A stretch of 32,909 bases of DNA, from the NCBI GenBank assembly GCA_038124405.1, contig JAYPBW010000002.1:2185-35093 (forward strand). The letters are read 5' to 3'. Below are positions 18,790-24,457 of the stretch, piece after piece. Each line of letters opens with the position of its first letter. Position 1 is the stretch's first letter. Made by a program: the position numbers and the translations under genes. This DNA comes from Flavobacteriaceae bacterium (GTDB lineage: Bacteria > Bacteroidota > Bacteroidia > Flavobacteriales > Flavobacteriaceae). The notes below the pieces were generated by a model. It saw nothing but the letters and a program-made list of their open reading frames with translations. It was not told the origin of the DNA and made no database searches.

Positions 18790-19496
18790 GATTTAATTGT
18801 ATGAAGTCCACATTCTTTTTTACTAGATTCCCACCACCAACGACCGGCACGAATGTCTTCACCTTCCGTGATGGGTCGTGTACATGGGGCACAACCAATA
18901 CTCACAAATCCTTTTTTATGTAGTGTGTTTTGTGGTACATTATGTGATGTTAGGTAACGTTCCACATCTTGCAAAGTCCAACGTAGAAGAGGGTTAAATT
19001 TTATAATATTAAACGTAGTATCAAAACTGAAATAGTCCAACCCTGCTCTATTTTGAGATTGATTACTTCGTAAACCAGTTACCCATACATCCTTGTTCGC
19101 AAGTGCTCGTTTTAAGGGGTCAATTTTTCTAATGTTGCAACATTCTTTACGGTTTTCTACAGATTCATAAAAGCTGTTTGGTCCTTTGGTTGTCACCAAC
19201 TCCTCTACGACGCTGTTATCAGGCGCATAGACTCGGATACTGTTCTTAAACTTTTTTTGCGTAAGCTCAAGGACATCATAGGTTTCTTGAAATAATCTCC
19301 CAGTGTCTAATGTGAATATTTCTACAGGTAATTCGTTGGTAGCAATATGGTGTGTGATTACTTGATCTTCTTGACCTAAGGAGGTTGAGAAGGTTATCCT
19401 TCCAAGTTCTTGATTGAGTAGGAATTTGAAAAGGCCTCCAATTGTATCAATTGATTGCGCATTATTATTTAACGCATCTACTTTTAATTGACTCAT
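18786..19496 (-). CDS. cysH: Adenylylsulfate (APS)/phosphoadenylylsulfate reductase, thioredoxin-dependent, Fe-S (APS reductase) type
   Basis: C-terminal catalytic ECGLH, plus the cluster cysteines RKECCNIRK and GCAPCT (CC...CxxC). I prefer the ATG at 19496, which overlaps the upstream TGA stop (ATGA). The ORF track starts at 19523. Confidence 0.88.
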   Translation of the reverse strand: MSQLKVDALNNNAQSIDTIGGLFKFLLNQELGRITFSTSLGQEDQVITHHIATNELPVEIFTLDTGRLFQETYDVLELTQKKFKNSIRVYAPDNSVVEELVTTKGPNSFYESVENRKECCNIRKIDPLKRALANKDVWVTGLRSNQSQNRAGLDYFSFDTTFNIIKFNPLLRWTLQDVERYLTSHNVPQNTLHKKGFVSIGCAPCTRPITEGEDIRAGRWWWESSKKECGLHTIKS

Positions 19497-19747
19497 TTTC
19501 TGCCCCATTTTACAGTATTCCAAACACGTTCATGAACGACATACAAAACCATTTTTGTAACCAATTCAATTCCACCAATAGAAAGCGCAAAAGCTAGTTT
19601 CCCTGTAATGATATAGGAAATAAGGATGGTGTCTAGCGTTCCTATAATACGCCAGCTAATAGATTTAAGTATCGATCTAGACCAGCCTTCACTTTGAGTG
19701 CTTTCCTTTCTTTTTTTAGAGTTAAGTATAAGTTGATCTACAATCAT
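19493..19747 (-). CDS. DUF2061-like small membrane protein, first gene of the sulfate assimilation operon
   Basis: The string KSISWRIIGTLDTILISYIITG...IELVTKMVLYVVHERVW has a two-helix pattern resembling DUF2061. I prefer the internal ATG at 19747. The longer ORF to 19837 would run through the divergent promoter and into the rrf2 start. Confidence 0.6.
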   Translation of the reverse strand: MIVDQLILNSKKRKESTQSEGWSRSILKSISWRIIGTLDTILISYIITGKLAFALSIGGIELVTKMVLYVVHERVWNTVKWGRK

Positions 19748-19763
19748 CGATATTAATTCGGGG

Positions 19764-19771
19764 CAAATATA
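19764..19771 (-). promoter_or_regulatory. Candidate -7 promoter box (TATATTTG) of the sulfate assimilation operon
   Basis: Exact TAnnTTTG match on the minus strand, 16 nt upstream of the ATG at 19747. Confidence 0.45.
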
Positions 19772-19778
19772 ATAAATA

Positions 19779-19793
19779 CTATCAAATTGATAG
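19779..19793. promoter_or_regulatory. Perfect 15-bp palindrome CTATCAAATTGATAG, candidate Rrf2 operator shared by two divergent promoters
   Basis: The 7-nt arms CTATCAA / TTGATAG flank a central A. With one mismatch it extends to a 21-bp near-palindrome (ATaCTATCAAATTGATAGgAT). It lies between the two candidate -7 boxes at 19764-19771 (-) and 19816-19823 (+). Confidence 0.5.
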
Positions 19794-19815
19794 GATATAT
19801 AGATTATATTTTTTT

Positions 19816-19823
19816 TAAATTTG
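19816..19823 (+). promoter_or_regulatory. Candidate -7 promoter box (TAAATTTG) of the rrf2 operon
   Basis: Exact TAnnTTTG match with its G 5 nt upstream of the A of the rrf2 ATG (19828). This implies a leaderless or near-leaderless mRNA. Confidence 0.4.
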
Positions 19824-19827
19824 AAAT

Positions 19828-20238
19828 ATGATATCAAATAAATGTAAATACGCTATAAAGGCATTAGTTTATATTGCGAAGTATGATAATGGTTCCAAGG
19901 CAGTTATGACTTCTGATATTGCTAGAGAGCAAAATATACCTCGAAAATTTTTAGAGATTATTCTTCGCGACTTAAGGAATAACCGCATATTGGAGAGTAA
20001 AAGGGGTAAAGACGGCGGCTTCAGACTGCTCCGCCCAGCAGAAGATATAAGTTTGACCGAAATTATGCGAATCATAGACGGGCCTATTGCCATGCTGCCC
20101 TGCGTTTCACTGAATTATTATCGTTCATGTGATGAATGTGAAGAAGAAAGCTGTGAAATTAAGGGGGTTTTCGAACAAGTCCGAGACAGAACGCTAGAAG
20201 TACTTAACGGTAAAACAATTAAATCCTTAACTTTGTAA
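19828..20238 (+). CDS. Rrf2-family transcriptional regulator with a four-cysteine cluster (IscR/NsrR-like, not CymR-like)
   Basis: N-terminal Rrf2 winged helix (KCKYAIKALVYIA...IPRKFLEIILRDLRNNRILESKRGKDGGFRL). Cysteines sit at 92, 101, 104 and 109 (PCVSLNYYRSCDECEEESC). Confidence 0.88.
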   Translation: MISNKCKYAIKALVYIAKYDNGSKAVMTSDIAREQNIPRKFLEIILRDLRNNRILESKRGKDGGFRLLRPAEDISLTEIMRIIDGPIAMLPCVSLNYYRSCDECEEESCEIKGVFEQVRDRTLEVLNGKTIKSLTL

Positions 20239-20633
20239 TGTTAATGAGAAAATTAGGCGCTTTATTACTAGGTGTGTTTATGTTGCTGCTTTCTGTGAAA
20301 AGCAACATAGGAATGCATTTTTGTCATGGCACCTTAGTAGAAGCTTCTATAAATGAGTCGCTTTCTAGTTGTTGTACTAAAACAACGCATACCAATCAAC
20401 CTACACTGAATAGACAATGTTGTGAGATTGCTCATTTTACTGCGGAACTTACAGAAACAGTTCTTACAGGTAATGACGTTGAATTTCACGATTGTCCATC
20501 TCTCATTCTTGAAGATTCATTTGTATTTCATTTTATAAAAACAGTTCCTGAGCTTCAAACATTTGACTTTGAGTCTCCCCCCGAACCGTCTCACATTTCG
20601 TTACATATTTTATTTGAGCAATACTTGATTTGA
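20238..20633 (+). CDS. Cys/His-rich small membrane-anchored or secreted protein of unknown function (possibly HYC_CC_PP-like family)
   Basis: N-terminal hydrophobic segment LGALLLGVFMLLLSV, then HFCHG, SSCC, RQCCE and HDCP, with a PPEP near the C-terminus. Its ATG overlaps the rrf2 TAA stop (TAATG). Confidence 0.6.
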   Translation: MLMRKLGALLLGVFMLLLSVKSNIGMHFCHGTLVEASINESLSSCCTKTTHTNQPTLNRQCCEIAHFTAELTETVLTGNDVEFHDCPSLILEDSFVFHFIKTVPELQTFDFESPPEPSHISLHILFEQYLI

Positions 20634-20682
20634 TTAGCAAACTACCTCCGCTTAGTTTGTTTAATTCATTAAATCATATATC

Positions 20683-22914
20683 ATGTTCAAATCTTATTTA
20701 AATCTAATATTTAGTATATTCAGTTGTGCCCTTTTTGCACAACAGCACCTTGTTACTGGATACGTCTATGAACAAGGAGACACTTCTCAATCACCACTTG
20801 TTGGCGCAAGTGTGTATTGGGAAAATTCATCTGTTGGTACGGTCACCAATGATGAAGGCTATTTTTCAATCACTCATAAACCCGAACATAACGTTTTGGT
20901 GATTTCTTATTTGGGTTTCAAAACCGAAACACGCTCAACTGTATTTAATCAGCCCATTAAAATAGTGTTGGAACCAGATGACGCCTCTTCTCTAAATGAA
21001 GTGACTGTTTCGCAAAAGCGAAAATCCTTGCAACGCGCTATTTTTTCGCCACGAAATGTCACAACCATTGGCAGCGATGAATTATTAAAAGCAGCTTGTT
21101 GTAACCTTTCTGAAAGTTTTGAAACAAACCCTTCTATTGATGTAAATTATGCCGATGCCCTTACAGGAACTAAGCAAATACAAATGTTAGGGCTTACGAG
21201 TCCCTATATATTATTTACGCAAGAGAATATCCCTAGTTTGCGTGGTAGTAATCAAACCTTTGGATTAACATTTACACCTGGGACTTGGGTTGAAAGCATT
21301 CAAATTACTAAGGGTGCTGGAACGGTAACTAGTGGTTATGAGAGTATTTCGGGTCAAATTAACACAGAGTTGATTAAGCCCCAAACGGCACCACCGCTTT
21401 TTGTTAACGGATTCCAATCTGTAAATGGGCGCTCTGAATTAAATATTCAGGCAAAGCATGAGTTTTCAGACAAATGGGCTACAACGCTTTTTTTGCATGG
21501 AAATCAGCGCGTAAAAAAGACAGACCAAAACAAAGATGGGTTTTTGGATATGCCACTTTCTAATCAAATTAATGTGCTGAATCGTTGGCAATATATCAAT
21601 CCAGATAAAGGATGGGTAGGTTTTTTAAACATTGGCTATGTAACAGATGAAAAACAAGTTGGTCAATTGGATTTTGACCCAAAAAAGCATCGTTTTGGAA
21701 ATTCAGTTTGGGGTGGAGAACTTAAAACAGACAAGTTTAATTTTTCTTTAAAGACAGGGTATGTTTCTCCAGAAATCCCTTACAGAAGTTTAGGGTTTCA
21801 ATCTGCTGTAAGCTACCACAACCAAGAAGGATATTTTGGAGGAAACACTTATGATGTTTCTTATACTAGTTATTTCCATCACCTAGTGTATCAATCTATT
21901 TTGGGGAATACGCTACACAAATTCAAAACAGGCATACAGTATATGGCTGATGTTTACGATGAAACTATTCTTAGTACAGAAATCCATAGAAATGAAACCA
22001 ATTTGGGAGGTTTTTTTGAGTATAGTTATGACGCTCAAGAAAACTTTAATCTAATTCTTGGTCTCCGATTTGATCATCATAACACCCTAGGTAATTTTAT
22101 TACACCTCGTGCTCATATTCGATACGCGATGTTTGATAATAAAACCATTTTACGACTTTCAGCAGGAGAAGGCAGACGGGTTTCAAGCATTTTTGCCGAA
22201 CACCAAAAATTCTTAGGCAGTCAACGTCAACTTCTGATTTCAAATCCAACAGCTCCTATTTATGGATTGCTTCCTGAGCGTGCTTGGAATTATGGTTTTA
22301 GCTGGATTCAAAAGTGGAATATTCCAAACCAACCTACAGAGTTTGGTATTGATGTGTATCGAACTTCGTTTACTAATCGAGTTGTTGTGGATTGGGAGAC
22401 ACCAGGAGAAATTTCCTTTTATAATTTGGATGGAAAAAGTTACGCACAGAGTATTCAGTTTTCGGCAAACACAAGCTTTAATCAGCGTGTTGATCTTCGC
22501 TTTGCCTACAAAGCATACGACATTAATACGACTTATAATTCGGGTGAAAAACGTATGCCACTACAGCCCAAAACACGTTGGTTTGCTTTTTTAGGGTATA
22601 ACACACAAATAGATTCTGGGAAACAATGGCGTGCTGATATTACAATGCACCGAGTAGGAGAACAACGATTAGTAGCGACTTCCGCATTACCCTCACGGCT
22701 AGCCAATGGATTTTCTTTGTTGAGTTCGCAGCTTACACGTCAATTTTCAGAAAAGCTATCGCTATATTTAGGTGCTGAAAATTTGTTGAATGTTAAGCAA
22801 TCAGATGCTATTCTTGGCGCAGCAGATCCTTTTGGCGCAAATTTTGATACGAGTCAAGTATATGCGCCTGTTTTTGGCAGAATGTTTTATGCAGGATTCC
22901 GCTTTAATTTATAA
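20683..22914 (+). CDS. TonB-dependent outer-membrane receptor with N-terminal carboxypeptidase-regulatory-like domain; substrate unknown
   Basis: Signal peptide, CarboxypepD_reg-like segment (VTGYVYEQGD...PLVGASVYWENSSVGTVTNDEGYFSI), plug-like region (IQMLGL...ITKGAGTVTSGYESISGQIN) and a long beta-barrel ending ...FYAGFRFNL. There is no SusD-like partner gene. Confidence 0.85.
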   Translation: MFKSYLNLIFSIFSCALFAQQHLVTGYVYEQGDTSQSPLVGASVYWENSSVGTVTNDEGYFSITHKPEHNVLVISYLGFKTETRSTVFNQPIKIVLEPDDASSLNEVTVSQKRKSLQRAIFSPRNVTTIGSDELLKAACCNLSESFETNPSIDVNYADALTGTKQIQMLGLTSPYILFTQENIPSLRGSNQTFGLTFTPGTWVESIQITKGAGTVTSGYESISGQINTELIKPQTAPPLFVNGFQSVNGRSELNIQAKHEFSDKWATTLFLHGNQRVKKTDQNKDGFLDMPLSNQINVLNRWQYINPDKGWVGFLNIGYVTDEKQVGQLDFDPKKHRFGNSVWGGELKTDKFNFSLKTGYVSPEIPYRSLGFQSAVSYHNQEGYFGGNTYDVSYTSYFHHLVYQSILGNTLHKFKTGIQYMADVYDETILSTEIHRNETNLGGFFEYSYDAQENFNLILGLRFDHHNTLGNFITPRAHIRYAMFDNKTILRLSAGEGRRVSSIFAEHQKFLGSQRQLLISNPTAPIYGLLPERAWNYGFSWIQKWNIPNQPTEFGIDVYRTSFTNRVVVDWETPGEISFYNLDGKSYAQSIQFSANTSFNQRVDLRFAYKAYDINTTYNSGEKRMPLQPKTRWFAFLGYNTQIDSGKQWRADITMHRVGEQRLVATSALPSRLANGFSLLSSQLTRQFSEKLSLYLGAENLLNVKQSDAILGAADPFGANFDTSQVYAPVFGRMFYAGFRFNL

Positions 22915-22925
22915 ATATTAATAAA

Positions 22926-23276
22926 ATGAGAATATCTATTATTTTGATGTTGTTTATGGCTACTTCTTTGGTTGCCCAAACAAAAAAAGAGACCCTTTCT
23001 GTACGTGGTAATTGTGGTATGTGTAAAGAGCGCATCGAAGCAGCAGCCTTAAAAACAAAAGGTGTGAAGTACGCTGTTTGGCAATCTAACAACGAACAGT
23101 TGCAACTTATCTACAATGCAAAAAAGACATCGGCTGAACAAGTAGCTAAAAATATTGCTGCAGTGGGGCATGAGGCTCATGGTATTGTTGCTGCAGATAG
23201 TATTTATACTACCTTACCTATGTGTTGTAAATACAGAGAAGGGAACCCACATGATAAGGGTTATACGGATAAATAG
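22926..23276 (+). CDS. Secreted heavy-metal-associated (HMA) domain protein
   Basis: Signal peptide MRISIILMLFMATSLVAQ, an HMA ferredoxin-like fold with metal site GNCGMCKERIE (CxxC), and an extra C-terminal LPMCCKYREGNPHD. It starts 11 nt after the TBDR stop. Confidence 0.82.
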   Translation: MRISIILMLFMATSLVAQTKKETLSVRGNCGMCKERIEAAALKTKGVKYAVWQSNNEQLQLIYNAKKTSAEQVAKNIAAVGHEAHGIVAADSIYTTLPMCCKYREGNPHDKGYTDK

Positions 23277-23319
23277 AACATTACTTTACTACGTATAATT
23301 TAGTGCGTTCGTAAACAAA

Positions 23320-23347
23320 AAACCCGCAACTCCTGTTGTGGGTTTTA
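23320..23347 (+). terminator. Rho-independent terminator of the rrf2-TBDR-HMA operon
   Basis: Stem ACCCGCAAC (23322-23330) pairs with GTTGTGGGT (23335-23343) including one G-U pair, around loop TCCT. A T-run follows. Confidence 0.7.
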
Positions 23348-23476
23348 TTATGCGGACAAAGAGTGATTACTTCGTGAACCTTAATATTTATCCTGAGCAA
23401 GTATAGAAACCAACTTTCTTGCAGGAAGTATTTGTTTTTTCAAATCAAACATGAAGTAAACTTCAGTTTGCTTCAT

Positions 23477-23507
23477 AAAAAAAACCAAGTGCAAACACAC
23501 TTGGTTT
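23477..23507 (-). terminator. Rho-independent terminator downstream of tRNA-Ser
   Basis: Perfect 10-bp stem AAACCAAGTG / CACTTGGTTT with a 6-nt loop. On the minus strand an unbroken T-run follows (plus-strand A-run 23477-23481). Confidence 0.75.
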
Positions 23508-23514
23508 CCTTTTG

Positions 23515-23599
23515 CGGAGAAAGAGGGATTCGAACCCCCGGAGGTGTGACCCTCAACGGTTTTCAAGACCGCCGCATTCGACCACTCTGCCATTTCTCC
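23515..23599 (-). tRNA. tRNA-Ser (anticodon UGA)
   Basis: The minus strand folds by hand into a cloverleaf: acceptor GGAGAAA/TTTCTCC, D stem GCA/TGC, anticodon stem GCGGT/ACCGT with loop CTTGAAA, long variable arm GAGG...CCTC, and T arm GGGGG-TTCGAAT-CCCTC. Length is 85 nt and no CCA is encoded. Confidence 0.93.
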
Positions 23600-23666
23600 A
23601 ATGGCTGCAAATATAGGCTCTTTTTTTGTTTCTTAAAATGCATTTCTATCTCCTTTTTCTATTACC

Positions 23667-23674
23667 TACATTTG
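23667..23674 (+). promoter_or_regulatory. Candidate -7 promoter box (TACATTTG) of the TauE/SafE permease gene
   Basis: Exact TAnnTTTG match with its G 5 nt upstream of the A of the ATG (23679). This is the same geometry as at rrf2. Confidence 0.4.
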
Positions 23675-23678
23675 CCAC

Positions 23679-24434
23679 ATGATTGATTTTCCTTTTGACC
23701 TACTGTTACTTGTTGGCGCAGGACTTTTTGCTGGCTTTATTAATACTATGGCTGGAGGTGGATCCTTGCTTACATTGCCCTTGCTTATTTTTTTAGGATT
23801 GCCATCGGCTACTGCAAATGGAACTAACAGAGTGGCGATTCTTGTGGCTACAAGTTCAGCTACCTTAGGATTTCGAAGTAAAAAAATAAATTCTTTTCCT
23901 TTTAGTTTATACTTGGGTGGAATAGCACTGTTGGGAGCTCTTGTTGGAGCCCGAATTGCTATCGATATTGATGGGAGTATATTTAATAGGATTTTGGCAA
24001 TAATCATGATAGTTGTAGTTGTGCTAATGGTGTTTAAGCCTAAGTACAGCACCGAGGCAACTTCTCCTAAGACTACAGGTAAAACCTTAATTTGGTCTAT
24101 GATAGCCTTTTTCTTTATTGGAATTTATGGAGGTTTTATTAATGCAGGGATTGGTTTTATCATGATGCTGTTCATGAATTATGTTAACCGAATGGACTTA
24201 GTTCGTGTAAATGCTACAAAAGTTGCTGTAGCATTTATATATACCACTGGAGCGCTGGCTACGTTCGCGCTTAGTGGTCATATTGATTGGAAATATGGAA
24301 TTGCTTTAGCTATTGGGAATTCTGCTGGAGCTTTTTTTGCTTCTCGTTACGCGGTAAAAAGAGGAGAGGGGGTAATAAAAGCCGTAATGATAACAATGGT
24401 TGTGGCAATGTCAGTGAAACTGTGGTTTTTCTAA
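23679..24434 (+). CDS. TauE/SafE (TSUP, DUF81) family anion permease
   Basis: 251-aa polytopic membrane protein with the family-typical N-terminal GGGSLLTLPLLIFLGLPSATANGTNRVAI and an internal repeat (GGFINAGIGFIMM). Confidence 0.85.
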   Translation: MIDFPFDLLLLVGAGLFAGFINTMAGGGSLLTLPLLIFLGLPSATANGTNRVAILVATSSATLGFRSKKINSFPFSLYLGGIALLGALVGARIAIDIDGSIFNRILAIIMIVVVVLMVFKPKYSTEATSPKTTGKTLIWSMIAFFFIGIYGGFINAGIGFIMMLFMNYVNRMDLVRVNATKVAVAFIYTTGALATFALSGHIDWKYGIALAIGNSAGAFFASRYAVKRGEGVIKAVMITMVVAMSVKLWFF

Positions 24435-24457
24435 AGGATTTTCTTTAACCCCTTTTT

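Noticed and set aside
19748-19837. N-terminal 30-codon extension of the DUF2061 ORF (ORF track start at 19837).
   Set aside because: The extension would cover the palindromic operator and both candidate -7 boxes and would overlap the rrf2 start. It is Tyr/Ile/Phe-rich AT-driven sequence. The internal ATG at 19747 gives a protein of the size I would expect for a DUF2061-like protein.
23381-23593. 70-aa minus-strand ORF (MAEWSNAAVLKTVEGHTSGGSNPSFSA...).
   Set aside because: Its N-terminal part is simply the translation of the tRNA-Ser gene (23515-23599) and the terminator downstream of it. It is not a protein-coding gene.
23666-24052. 128-aa minus-strand ORF opposite the TauE/SafE gene. The same applies to similar shadow ORFs at 30898-31296, 13571-13912, 1376-1681 and 6531-6857.
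   Set aside because: All of them sit inside, and antisense to, genes with clear family motifs. None has an independent signal.
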